A DNA stretch of 64,000 nt from Bacteroidia bacterium (GCA_044221905.1 JBGAOE010000004.1:249675-313674); one strand, 5' to 3'. Shown: positions 31,471 through 40,695, counted from the first letter of the stretch. Made by a program: numbers and translations. Notes: generated by a model from the letters alone, not told the origin.

Positions 31471-33612
31471 ATGTCACAAATAGGAATTACACACAGCTTT
31501 AATCTGGCCGACGGCCGCACGATTACGCTGGAAACAGGGAAACTGGCCAAGCAGGCCGACGGCGCCGTAGTGGTACGCCTGGGCGATACCATGATACTGG
31601 CCACCATAGTAAGCAACAAGGACGCAAAAGAAGGTGTTGATTTTTTACCTTTAACCGTTGATTACCAGGAAAAATATGCCTCATCCGGAAGATTCCCCGG
31701 CGGTTTTTTTAAGCGCGAAGCAAAATTATCGGATTACGAAGTGCTCATCAGCCGTATTGTAGACCGCGCCCTGCGCCCGCAATTCCCGGACGATTACCAT
31801 GCCGATACTCAATTAATGCTTTCCCTTATCTCATCCGATAAGGAAAATATGCCCGATGCCCTGGTAGGCTTAGCCGCTTCGGCAGCCATCGCAGTGAGCG
31901 ACATTCCATTTAACGGCCCCATCAGCGAAGTGCGCGTTGCCAAAATCAACGGGCAGCTGGTGATTAACCCTACCAAACAACAGCTGGCAGAAAGCACCAT
32001 CGATATGATTGTGGCAGCGTCAGCCTCTGATATTGCCATGGTAGAAGGCGAAATGAAAGAAGTGAGCGAAGAGGAAATGCTGGAAGCTATTAAGTTTGCG
32101 CACGAAGCCATTAAGCTGCAGATTAAAGCCATTGGCGAGTTTGCTGCAAAAGCAGGCTTAAAGCCAAAACGCGAATACAACCACGAGGTGAACGACGCCG
32201 ACCTGAAAGCCAAGGTGATGAAAGAAACCTACGACGCTGTTTACGCCGCGGCTAAAAAACTCGATCCAAACAAAAACAACCGTAAGGTTAACTTTAAAGC
32301 GCCGCTGGAAGAGTTTAAAAAACAATACAGCCCCGAAGAATTAAAGGAAAAAGAGGCTCTGATCAATAAATATTACCACGAAGTGGAGTATGTAGCTGTA
32401 CGACGCCTGGCAATTGACGAAAAAGTACGCCTCGATGGCCGTAAAACCACCGACATCCGCCCCATTTGGGCCGAAGCAGGCTACCTGCCTACCCCACACG
32501 GTAGCGCGGTGTTTACCCGCGGCGAAACCCAATCCTTAACCACCGTTACGCTTGGTACTCCATTGGATAAATTAAAAATAGACGGGGCATTTAACCAGGG
32601 CGAAGAAACATTTTTACTGCATTACAACTTCCCAGGCTTTAGCACCGGCGAAGCCAAGCCAAACCGCGGTCCCGGCCGCCGAGAAGTAGGCCACGGCAAC
32701 CTGGCGCTGCGCGCGCTCAAAAACATGGTACCTACCGATACCGGTTATACCATTCGTATTGTGAGCGATATCCTGGAAAGCAACGGCTCATCGAGCATGG
32801 CCACTGTGTGCGCAGGCACGCTGGCACTGATGGATGCCGGTGTGAAGATCAAAAAACCGGTGGCAGGTATTGCCATGGGTTTGATCACCGACGAGAAAAA
32901 CAATTACGCGATCCTTTCAGATATTCTTGGTGACGAAGATCACCTGGGAGATATGGACTTTAAAGTGTGCGGTACCCGCGATGGCATTACCGCCGTGCAA
33001 ATGGACCTGAAAGTAAACGGCCTGCCTTACGAGGTAATGGCTAAAGCGATGGACCAGGCAAAAGCCGGCCGTCTGCATATCATGAACGAAATGCTGAAGG
33101 CTATTTCTGAGCCACGCGAAGATTACAAACCACAGGCACCACGCTTTGAGAAGATCGTGATCCCGGGCGAATTTATTGGCGCCGTAATCGGGCCAGGTGG
33201 CAAAGTGATCCAGGAGATGCAAAAAACAACCAACACCACCATCGTTATTACCGAGGTAGACAAAAATGGCATTGTTGAGATTTTTGGCACCAACCTGAAC
33301 GATGTTTCTGCTGCCCTTTCGAAAATTAAAGGCATTGTGGCCGTACCTGAAATTGGCGACATTTACAAAGCCAAAGTAAAAACCATTATGCCATACGGCG
33401 CTTTTGTAGAGATCATGCCTGGTAAAGACGGATTACTGCACATCAGCGAATACGACTGGAAACGCATTGATACCCTTGAAGGCGTGCTGAAAGAAGGTGA
33501 TATGGTGGAAGTAAAATACGTGGGCGACGATCCGAAAACCAAAAAAATAAAGCTGAGCCGCAAAGCGCTTCTGCCAAAGCCTGAGGGCGTAGCAGAAAAA
33601 AAAGAAGCGTAA
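31471..33612 (+). CDS. pnp: Polyribonucleotide nucleotidyltransferase
   Basis: Two RNase PH domains ([22 protein letters not shown]), KH motif IGPGGK, S1 domain. Confidence 0.98.
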   Translation: MSQIGITHSFNLADGRTITLETGKLAKQADGAVVVRLGDTMILATIVSNKDAKEGVDFLPLTVDYQEKYASSGRFPGGFFKREAKLSDYEVLISRIVDRALRPQFPDDYHADTQLMLSLISSDKENMPDALVGLAASAAIAVSDIPFNGPISEVRVAKINGQLVINPTKQQLAESTIDMIVAASASDIAMVEGEMKEVSEEEMLEAIKFAHEAIKLQIKAIGEFAAKAGLKPKREYNHEVNDADLKAKVMKETYDAVYAAAKKLDPNKNNRKVNFKAPLEEFKKQYSPEELKEKEALINKYYHEVEYVAVRRLAIDEKVRLDGRKTTDIRPIWAEAGYLPTPHGSAVFTRGETQSLTTVTLGTPLDKLKIDGAFNQGEETFLLHYNFPGFSTGEAKPNRGPGRREVGHGNLALRALKNMVPTDTGYTIRIVSDILESNGSSSMATVCAGTLALMDAGVKIKKPVAGIAMGLITDEKNNYAILSDILGDEDHLGDMDFKVCGTRDGITAVQMDLKVNGLPYEVMAKAMDQAKAGRLHIMNEMLKAISEPREDYKPQAPRFEKIVIPGEFIGAVIGPGGKVIQEMQKTTNTTIVITEVDKNGIVEIFGTNLNDVSAALSKIKGIVAVPEIGDIYKAKVKTIMPYGAFVEIMPGKDGLLHISEYDWKRIDTLEGVLKEGDMVEVKYVGDDPKTKKIKLSRKALLPKPEGVAEKKEA

Positions 33613-33633
33613 CAGCATAAATATATCTTCATT

Positions 33634-33661
33634 AAAAGGAGCTCCGGGTGGGCTCCTTTTT
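33634..33661 (+). terminator. Intrinsic terminator after pnp
   Basis: aaaaggagc...gctcctttt. Confidence 0.8.
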
Positions 33662-33947
33662 GTTTTCTAATATGTTTCCAAAAAGAATCGGTACAAACCT
33701 TCAAGGTTTCGTACTGCTGCTTAAAAAAACCTTGAAGGTTTATTTCTCAATTAAAACGTTGATTAAAAAGCTATCCAGATATTAATTCTTAATCATAACC
33801 CACACTTGTTTAACCGCCAGATATAAGTTTGAGTGAGTATAACCATACATTTGATGCGGGAAACAATTTTTTTGAATTGATTTTATAATTAGCTTAGCTT
33901 ACACCTCATATTGATTTTTCTTAAACTTAAATACTAAGCCTGCTATT

Positions 33948-36272
33948 ATGAAAAAAAATAAATTCAATTTTTTGATTGCCGCTGCATGTTTCTCTGCTAC
34001 AGCATTTGCACAAAATTTCACCTGGATGAAAGGCAGCACCAGCAGCAGTGTGGCCGGAACCTACGGCACACAAGGCACAGCAGCTGCAGCCAATAACCCG
34101 GGCGGGCGCCACGGCTGCGCCACCTGGACAGACGCTCAGGGCAGCCTGTGGCTGTTTGGCGGGGAAGGCTACACCACGAACACCAACATTTGCTGGCTCA
34201 ACGATTTATGGAAATACAATCCCAGTACCAATGATTGGACCTGGATCCGCGGGTCCAACACACCCAATGCCACCGCCATGTATGGCACACAAGGCGTGGC
34301 AGCTCCCACCAACGAGCCCGGCGCCAGGGAGTTTAGCGTTACCTGGACCGATGCCAGCGGCAATTTCTGGCTGTTTGGCGGCGATGGCATCTCCTCTACC
34401 CCATCGGCATCGGCTAACCGGCTGGCCGATCTTTGGAAATACAATCCCACCACCAACGAGTGGACCTGGATGAGCGGCTCTAACGGTATTAATGCTAACG
34501 GTGTGTATGGCACACAAAACGTGGCCGCACCTTCCAATATGCCGGGTGCGCGATATGGCTCGGCCACCTGGGTGGATAACACCGGCAAGCTGTGGCTGTT
34601 TGGCGGCAGGGGCTTTGCAATCAGCGGTGGCAGCACCTTTTTAAATGATCTCTGGAACTTTAATCCTGCAACGAATCAATGGACCTGGGTGAGCGGCAGC
34701 AGCGCCGGCGGTATCATCCCAGGTGTTTACGGCACACTTCAAACCCCGGCAGCTGGCAATTTACCCGGCTCACGCGAGTTTCCCTGCTTTTGGACCAACA
34801 GCGCAGGCGATCTTGTGTTGTTTGGCGGAAGGGGTTATGCCTCTACCACTTCGCCCGGCTACCTGAACGATATGTGGCTTTACAATGCCAGCACCGGCAA
34901 CTGGACCTGGATGAACGGATCAAACACCGTAAACCAGGCGGGCCTGTATGGCACCCTGGGTGTGCCATCAAACACCAATGTGCCAGGCGGAAGGCTTAGC
35001 AGCGCCAGTTGGAAAGATGGTATGGGCAAATACTGGGTATTTGGCGGCCTGGGATGGAGCGCCACCAATGTGAACGCCCTTAACGATATATGGAGATACG
35101 ACCCTGTTACTAACGAATGGACCTGGATGAAAGGTGCGCAAACTATAAATCAAAATGGCACATATGGCACACAAGGTGTAACAAGCCCAGCCAGTGTGCC
35201 CGGTGCGCGTGAGTACAATACCTGGTGGAAAGCCCCGCTGAACGGTGAACTATGGCTGTTTGGCGGCCTTGGTATGGATGCCAGCTCTGTTTCATCCGAC
35301 CAGATGAATGATCTCTGGAAATTCAAGCCTCCCTGTAACCCGGATAGTGTGACAGTTTCATCAACAAGCGTATGCAGCGGCGGTGCCATCAGCTTTACCG
35401 CCTTTACAACATACCCGGCCACTATCAGCTGGTACAATCAAACTTCGCCCAACGCCATTGGCACAGGTTCTGTGTACTCTGGCTTTGCACCCATAGCGCA
35501 AACCTCCACCGTCTATCCTTATTTTGCACAAGCCAATTCCTGCACCGCCACTCCCATGGTTATGATTCCGCTCGCGATTGAGCCATTGCCGCTAATAAGC
35601 GTTATTGGCACTACCGCTGTATGCCTGGGACAAAGCACTACGCTTACCGCCACAGGGGCAAACACGTTTTTGTGGAGTACCGGTACGCAGGGCAGCAGCA
35701 TAACTGCCACGCCCGGTGCACAAAACTTTACCTGCACAGTAACGGGCACCAGCTCTGCCAACTGCCAAAGTACGGCCGGCTTTACCGTGGCTGCCCTGCC
35801 CCTGCCCAACGTAGGCGCCACCTCTTCAAAAACAATGATGTGCCGCTTTGAAACAGCAGTGCTTACTGCTACCGGCGCCAGCACTTACAGCTGGAGCACC
35901 AGCCAAACCACTGCTACGATTAACGTAAACCCACTGATAACCACAGGTTACACCGTAACCGGCACCGATGCCAATGGCTGCAGCAGCTCGTATACCATTA
36001 TGCAGTTTGTATCGATCTGTACAGGCATGGATAAAAACAATAACACACTGACCACCGGTGTTTATCCTAACCCCAATCAAAACCGGTTTAATATTATGGT
36101 TGAACAGGAAGCTATTTTAATGATTATAAACCAGCTGGGCCAGAAAGTATTTGAACAAAAACTGGCGCCCGGCCATACGAACGTAACCACGGAACTTAAA
36201 CCAGGAGTTTACCTGTACCAGGTAGCCGGCCCTGAAAATAAAACAGTTAGCGGAAAGCTGCTGATAGAGTAA
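33948..36272 (+). CDS. T9SS type-A sorted Kelch-type six-bladed beta-propeller protein
   Basis: Six repeats of about 65 aa (YGTxG...PGxR...W...LWLFGG...NDLWKYNP...WTW), Ig-like stalks, CTD VYPNPNQN...PGVYLY...KLLIE. Confidence 0.88.
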   Translation: MKKNKFNFLIAAACFSATAFAQNFTWMKGSTSSSVAGTYGTQGTAAAANNPGGRHGCATWTDAQGSLWLFGGEGYTTNTNICWLNDLWKYNPSTNDWTWIRGSNTPNATAMYGTQGVAAPTNEPGAREFSVTWTDASGNFWLFGGDGISSTPSASANRLADLWKYNPTTNEWTWMSGSNGINANGVYGTQNVAAPSNMPGARYGSATWVDNTGKLWLFGGRGFAISGGSTFLNDLWNFNPATNQWTWVSGSSAGGIIPGVYGTLQTPAAGNLPGSREFPCFWTNSAGDLVLFGGRGYASTTSPGYLNDMWLYNASTGNWTWMNGSNTVNQAGLYGTLGVPSNTNVPGGRLSSASWKDGMGKYWVFGGLGWSATNVNALNDIWRYDPVTNEWTWMKGAQTINQNGTYGTQGVTSPASVPGAREYNTWWKAPLNGELWLFGGLGMDASSVSSDQMNDLWKFKPPCNPDSVTVSSTSVCSGGAISFTAFTTYPATISWYNQTSPNAIGTGSVYSGFAPIAQTSTVYPYFAQANSCTATPMVMIPLAIEPLPLISVIGTTAVCLGQSTTLTATGANTFLWSTGTQGSSITATPGAQNFTCTVTGTSSANCQSTAGFTVAALPLPNVGATSSKTMMCRFETAVLTATGASTYSWSTSQTTATINVNPLITTGYTVTGTDANGCSSSYTIMQFVSICTGMDKNNNTLTTGVYPNPNQNRFNIMVEQEAILMIINQLGQKVFEQKLAPGHTNVTTELKPGVYLYQVAGPENKTVSGKLLIE

Positions 36273-36326
36273 TATTATTCTATGACAGTTCTGTTACAGT
36301 TAAAAATTGAATTACTAAAATAAATT

Positions 36327-36416
36327 GACACTTCGAGCGAAACTTGTCCCGAGCTTGCCTCGGGAGTCGAGAAATGTAGCCCAATAGTCAAGGGTCTCGA
36401 CTCCGCTCGACCTGAC
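36327..36416. repeat. REP-like inverted pair with the 24-nt hairpin insert in the left arm (36342-36365)
   Basis: gacacttcgagcgaa[acttgtcccgagcttgcctcggga]gtcgagaaat ... ggtctcgactccgctcgacctgac. Confidence 0.8.
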
Positions 36417-36467
36417 AGTAGATTATCCGTCAACACGGTAAATTGCCGGGTTAATCGTTAAAATGAG

Positions 36468-36495
36468 CCCACTAACGTTTATTTGTTGTTAGGGG
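36468..36495 (-). other. Truncated attC-like junction (only 11 nt between AAC and GTT)
   Basis: Minus strand reads CCCCTAAC-aacaaataaac-GTTAGTGGG. Confidence 0.6.
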
Positions 36496-36525
36496 TTGTG
36501 CGTCACACACAGGTATTGTTCCTGT

Positions 36526-37035
36526 TTAGTGGTCCTTATATGCTTCCAAATAAATATTCTCTGTAATTTCTTTGTCGACGCGAGTCTTTTTTGCCTCTGC
36601 GATTGCTATTTTACCAATTGTAAATATATAAGCGTGTTTAAGGCCTGTCAGTTTGTTTATTTTGTATACTATTCTTATGGTATAATGTTCTAAGTCAGGC
36701 CAAGTCGTGGATGCAATTTCCAATGCGCCATTTGTCTGCAATAATTTAAAAAGTCTTTGGTAGGTTTTATTACTGACTGTGGAATAGCAAGGATTTGTAG
36801 TGTCGCCACATCGACATTGGATTTTCTTATTATTCTCCGTCACATAATAGTAGCAGTTATTTTGATTATAATAAGTCTGTACCGTAAACCAACCAGAAAT
36901 GTGCACAATTGAGTCGTACAGATTTACCGCTGGTCTTAGCTGCTCTATTCTGTATTGATGTTTTTTCGATTTGTCGACCTGTGCCATTGAGTCAAACGTC
37001 ATTAAAAAAAGGAAGAAATATAAAAAAGTCCGCAT
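36526..37035 (-). CDS. Cassette C: hypothetical secreted protein, 169 aa
   Basis: Signal peptide MRTFLYFFLFLMTFDSMAQ. No family recognised. Confidence 0.75.
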   Translation of the reverse strand: MRTFLYFFLFLMTFDSMAQVDKSKKHQYRIEQLRPAVNLYDSIVHISGWFTVQTYYNQNNCYYYVTENNKKIQCRCGDTTNPCYSTVSNKTYQRLFKLLQTNGALEIASTTWPDLEHYTIRIVYKINKLTGLKHAYIFTIGKIAIAEAKKTRVDKEITENIYLEAYKDH

Positions 37036-37068
37036 GTTTTTTGTCTTACGATATGTCGTGACGCATTA

Positions 37069-37165
37069 CCTCTAACGGAAGGCAACAGGCGTTCGCTTTT
37101 TGTAATGTCAAGTTACACATTTAGGCGCAACCCACAAAAAGTGCTCGCTTGCTTGCTGTTAGCAC
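37069..37165 (-). other. attC-like recombination site
   Basis: Minus strand GTGCTAAC-agcaagcaagcgagcactttttgt...acaaaaagcgaacgcctgttgccttcc-GTTAGAGG forms an imperfect hairpin. Confidence 0.7.
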
Positions 37166-37208
37166 TTCGTAAGGCGCACACAGTTTATTATAAATTCTCG
37201 AGTAATTT

Positions 37209-37597
37209 TCATTTATCATCTTTTTTATAACGCAAAATTCCTGCATCAGTAACGATGGCCAAGGTGTCAAGTCGAATGGAAAATTTGTTGCTACCGATGA
37301 ATGTAGAGTCACTTTTGCCTAAAGAGTTTATTTGAATACCTGTGCGGTATATGGAGTCCATAATAATTTTGTAGGAGTAAAAACCAATCCCAGCTCGTCC
37401 GCCGTTAACGAGATGTTTCATTTCACCGTTGGCTAAAAATTCAAGTTGTATTCGATCATCATCATTTTTTCTTAGTTCTTGTCCGTCTTTTATTTTACTT
37501 ACAAGTGTCCAATTGCCAACAATATTTTTTGGTCGCCTGTCTGGCAGGAGAAAACCGAAAAAAAAGTTAGAATTGTCAGTACGAAATGTTTTGTCAT
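37209..37597 (-). pseudogene. Cassette B: lipocalin-like lipoprotein gene with a 1-nt frameshift
   Basis: ATG 37597 gives MTKHFVLTILTFFSVFSC (lipobox) and stops at 37499. One extra A in the A6 run (plus-strand T 37525-37530) joins it to KNIVGNWTLVSK...; repaired length is 129 aa. Confidence 0.65.
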
Positions 37598-37618
37598 GAT
37601 TTTTTGTCCGCCCTATGA

Positions 37619-37754
37619 GTGCTAACGGTTTCAGGCTTTGCGTTCGGGCGGGTTTCGGAGCACAAAGCTTCAATTTATTACTAAAGTATATTAGAAGTAA
37701 CTAAGCTCTAAGTGTGCACATCAGCCCGCCTGACGCAAAACCCGTGTTATAAGC
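37619..37754 (-). other. attC-like recombination site
   Basis: Minus strand GCTTATAAC-acgggttttgcgtcaggcggg...cccgcccgaacgcaaagcctgaaacc-GTTAGCAC; a long stem with a single bulged base. Confidence 0.75.
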
Positions 37755-37756
37755 TG

Positions 37757-38140
37757 TTAATTCTCTCCATTAAATTCATCGATAAATAATTGATCGCCAT
37801 TAGTTGTCTGGTGCTCTAAAATGATATTGTTCTCGAGAAGCAAAGTCAGCGAACCATCATAATATTCTTCGAAATCCCTTTGAATCACCTTAGTTATTCT
37901 TTTTCCAATAACGTTGAAGTCATTTTGAACTGCCCAAGCAGATTTCTCAAAAGGAATCAAATTATCATCCCTTGTCCAGTTTGAAATTTCATGAGCACCA
38001 AATTCGTAGAGGTCCGACCCATCGAGTTCGATAACAATGTAAAAATATGATGCAGGGCCTGGGATACCTTCTTGTACGATTGAAGGCTTGGTCTCGAAAA
38101 TATTCGTAATAGTCCGTCCTACTACTTCTTCTGGATTCAT
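37757..38140 (-). CDS. Cassette A: hypothetical acidic cytoplasmic protein, 127 aa
   Basis: Clean ORF, ATG 18 nt after the GTT crossover word, stop directly before the attC-like site. Internal similarity VVGRTITNI / VIGKRITKV. Confidence 0.8.
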   Translation of the reverse strand: MNPEEVVGRTITNIFETKPSIVQEGIPGPASYFYIVIELDGSDLYEFGAHEISNWTRDDNLIPFEKSAWAVQNDFNVIGKRITKVIQRDFEEYYDGSLTLLLENNIILEHQTTNGDQLFIDEFNGEN

Positions 38141-38149
38141 TTTTTAATT

Positions 38150-38243
38150 GCTTATAACTACCCTATAAGAGCCATAAATATGCTTCAATCTTGCTAAATT
38201 TGCAAGATTGGAGTAATTATATTTGGAAAAATACAGTTAAGAT
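38150..38243 (-). other. Upstream attC-like or entry site of the array
   Basis: Minus strand ATCTTAAC...aaatat...caatcttgc aaattta gcaagattg...atattt...cttatagggta-GTTATAAGC. Confidence 0.5.
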
Positions 38244-38391
38244 AAACCGTTAAAAACAGGAAATTAGCCGTCAATATGACGGCTATGGGTCAAAATATAG
38301 CTTTTAGCCGTGCCATTTTTAACATATCTTTATACAAGCGACTTCGACATTTTGACCCTCTGCCTGCCAGTTAATTTTTAATGTAACAGCT

Positions 38392-39840
38392 CTAATTATA
38401 CTCATTAACACCCTGGTAATACCGCAAATAATTGCTGCGCCATTTTTTGTTGGCCAAGGCGTTATATTTTTCAAGTCTCGGAAAATCATCGCTGTTTATA
38501 ACGGTGCTCCGCTCGGGCAATTGATTTAACTGAAAAGGCAATAATGGCAAGGGTTTTAAGCCGGCCACAAAAATAATGTTGCGATGATCCTCGTTATTGG
38601 AAGTGGAGCATAATTTCACATAAAAGCCTGCCGCAGCAAGCGTATTATAAAGCACGGCCGTGCCTGCACCATAAGGGCCGCTTACATATCCATGCCAGTT
38701 AACCAGCAGCAGGGCCGAGTCGTTCAGGTTTTGTTTCAATCGTTCAAGACTTTGAATGGTGAGCACGTGCGAGGGCTGCTCTTCGGCCTTAAACACATCA
38801 ATTAAAACCACCTGGTATTTTTTGGTGCAATGGTTCATAAAATACCGGGCATCTTCGCAATAGGCGGTTACGCTTTTGTGCATAAAAAAATAATCGGAGG
38901 CCGCTTTGATGATCCTGCTATCCAGCTCCACCCCATCCGTATGGTAATGTTTGGTTGCCAGCACATTAGCCGCCAGGCCTCCGCCAAGCCCCAGCACCAG
39001 CGCGGGCTGACTACCCGATGCAAAAGGCACCAGGCTGTCGATGAGGCGTATGTATTCTGAAACCGAATGTTTAGTGCTAACATTCATTTCGGTCTGTATG
39101 ATGTTATTTACTTTCAAGATCCTGATGCGGGCTTTCTTTTCGTTTACATACTCCTCCACTTCGAGGTGGCCCAGCAGGCTATCGGAAACAAACAGGCGCT
39201 GATCTTTTTTAACGCTGAACTGGAGATTGAGATATACGGCGCCGGCCAGCAACAGCAGCTGAAATGGCTTAAACAGTTTAAACACAAGCAAATTGGCTAC
39301 AAATAAAAGGCCGCCAAAACATACCAGGCATACCGTAAGGCCAAACTCGGGAATAAAATAAAAGCCGCATAAAAACGTAGCGCAAATGCCACCCAACGTA
39401 GAGATGGCATACACCATGCCGCTTACTTTGCCGCTGTTGCCGGCATTGGCCTGCAGGGCAATAAACAAGGGCGAGGTAGCCCCCAGGCAAAATACAGGCG
39501 GAAATAAAAGACCAATTGTACTAACAACCACGCCAGGTAAAAAAGGCAGATACGAAATACGGGGCACGGCATAATAAGCCAGCACCGGCATGCACACCAC
39601 AAACAAAGCCGCCGCATTGAACACCCAGAACAAGGCATAGGAAACATTTTTTGTTTTTTGGCTGAGCCAGCCGCCGAAAAAATAACCAAAGGCCAGGGCA
39701 GCAAGGGTAATGCCCATTACCGAGGCCCATACATACAGGCTGCCTCCAAAAATGGGGGCCAGCTGCCTGGCGCCGCAAAGCTCGGCGGCCATTACCACAG
39801 CCCCCTCAATAAAACTCAACACCAGCAGTTTTTTAAGCAT
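38392..39840 (-). CDS. Fused membrane domain / spermidine-synthase-like SAM-dependent methyltransferase
   Basis: About seven N-terminal TM helices (EGAVVMAAEL...GGSLYVW), then LVLGLGGG, VELD, EDARYF, DVFK. Confidence 0.85.
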   Translation of the reverse strand: MLKKLLVLSFIEGAVVMAAELCGARQLAPIFGGSLYVWASVMGITLAALAFGYFFGGWLSQKTKNVSYALFWVFNAAALFVVCMPVLAYYAVPRISYLPFLPGVVVSTIGLLFPPVFCLGATSPLFIALQANAGNSGKVSGMVYAISTLGGICATFLCGFYFIPEFGLTVCLVCFGGLLFVANLLVFKLFKPFQLLLLAGAVYLNLQFSVKKDQRLFVSDSLLGHLEVEEYVNEKKARIRILKVNNIIQTEMNVSTKHSVSEYIRLIDSLVPFASGSQPALVLGLGGGLAANVLATKHYHTDGVELDSRIIKAASDYFFMHKSVTAYCEDARYFMNHCTKKYQVVLIDVFKAEEQPSHVLTIQSLERLKQNLNDSALLLVNWHGYVSGPYGAGTAVLYNTLAAAGFYVKLCSTSNNEDHRNIIFVAGLKPLPLLPFQLNQLPERSTVINSDDFPRLEKYNALANKKWRSNYLRYYQGVNEYN

Positions 39841-39846
39841 GCGTTC

Positions 39847-40695
39847 TTATTGCGAATGGTATTGGATGAGGCCTTCCATGGGCGATTGAAGCACCGTGCC
39901 AATCCTGTACCCGTGCCGTTTGGCCGCCTGTTCTATCAGCCCGCGGTAATGGTAACCGATAGAGCCAACGGTATGCACCAGGTAATTTTTTGATTGTGTG
40001 TACTTATTAATTTGCTGCACAAAAAAAGAATCAAAACACTCGTTCAGTATTTTTACAGCGTATGGATGCTGTAAATGCTTGCTGATGAAGTGGCTTACCG
40101 ATGCCAGGTATTTGCCGGGCACCCCGTTTTTGTACACATTGTTAAGAATCACCTCCAGGTTGTAACCCGCTGCTTCAAAGGCCTGCCGGAGGTCGGGCGG
40201 AAGCGTTTCCTCAAAATACTCCTTTATAAAATACTTTCCAATTTGCGAGCCGCCGCCGTAATCGCTCCATAAATAGCCGGTAGAAGGCACATTTTCCAGT
40301 ATCACCTCGCCATTATACAGGCAACTGTTGCTGCCGGTGCCCAGTATGCCGGCTATGCCCCACTCTTTTTTGCACAGCGCCCTTGCGGCGCCCAGCAGGT
40401 CGTGCGACACATTAATGGTATGCACATTTAAAGTAAGCTCCAGGCTGTCTTTTATGAGCAGGCAGTTATCGCTGGTGGAACAGCCGGTGCCATAATAATA
40501 AATGGCCGAAATATCGTTCAGCTCATAAGCAATGTGCGGCTTTAGATTGTTCAGTATCTCAAGGCTGATCTGGTCGCGGGTTTGAAAGTAAGGATTAAAG
40601 CCAATAGTTTTAAGGCGCTTCACCATGCGTGAGCCCTGCAACAATACCCAATCGGTTTTGGTTGATCCGCTATCGGCAATTAAAATATACATCAT
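39847..40695 (-). CDS. BadF/BadG/BcrA/BcrD-family N-acetylglucosamine kinase-like ATPase
   Basis: LIADSGSTKTDW, GFNP, YYGTGC, DLLGAARA, GTGSNSC. Confidence 0.88.
   Translation of the reverse strand: MMYILIADSGSTKTDWVLLQGSRMVKRLKTIGFNPYFQTRDQISLEILNNLKPHIAYELNDISAIYYYGTGCSTSDNCLLIKDSLELTLNVHTINVSHDLLGAARALCKKEWGIAGILGTGSNSCLYNGEVILENVPSTGYLWSDYGGGSQIGKYFIKEYFEETLPPDLRQAFEAAGYNLEVILNNVYKNGVPGKYLASVSHFISKHLQHPYAVKILNECFDSFFVQQINKYTQSKNYLVHTVGSIGYHYRGLIEQAAKRHGYRIGTVLQSPMEGLIQYHSQ

Larger units (their letters stand above)
36468..38243 (-). mobile_element. Integron-like gene-cassette array (three cassettes, four attC-like junctions, no integrase in window)
   Basis: Three co-oriented promoterless AT-rich ORFs, each followed by a YAAC...GTT hairpin. 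Each cassette's start and end words are mutually complementary. Confidence 0.75.

Noticed and set aside
37598-37673. ORF-track N-terminus MKLCAPKPARTQ... of the 154-aa ORF
   Set aside because: It starts inside the attC-like hairpin and has no signal peptide. The ATG at 37597 plus a frameshift explains the locus better.
36327-38243. CRISPR array, suggested by recurring palindromes
   Set aside because: The repeats are not identical, are 500-600 bp apart and enclose whole ORFs. No cas genes are present.
38249-38323. Possible empty mini-cassette bounded by GTTAAAAA / TTTTTAAC
   Set aside because: These low-complexity AT words are common in Bacteroidota intergenic DNA, and there is no further supporting structure.
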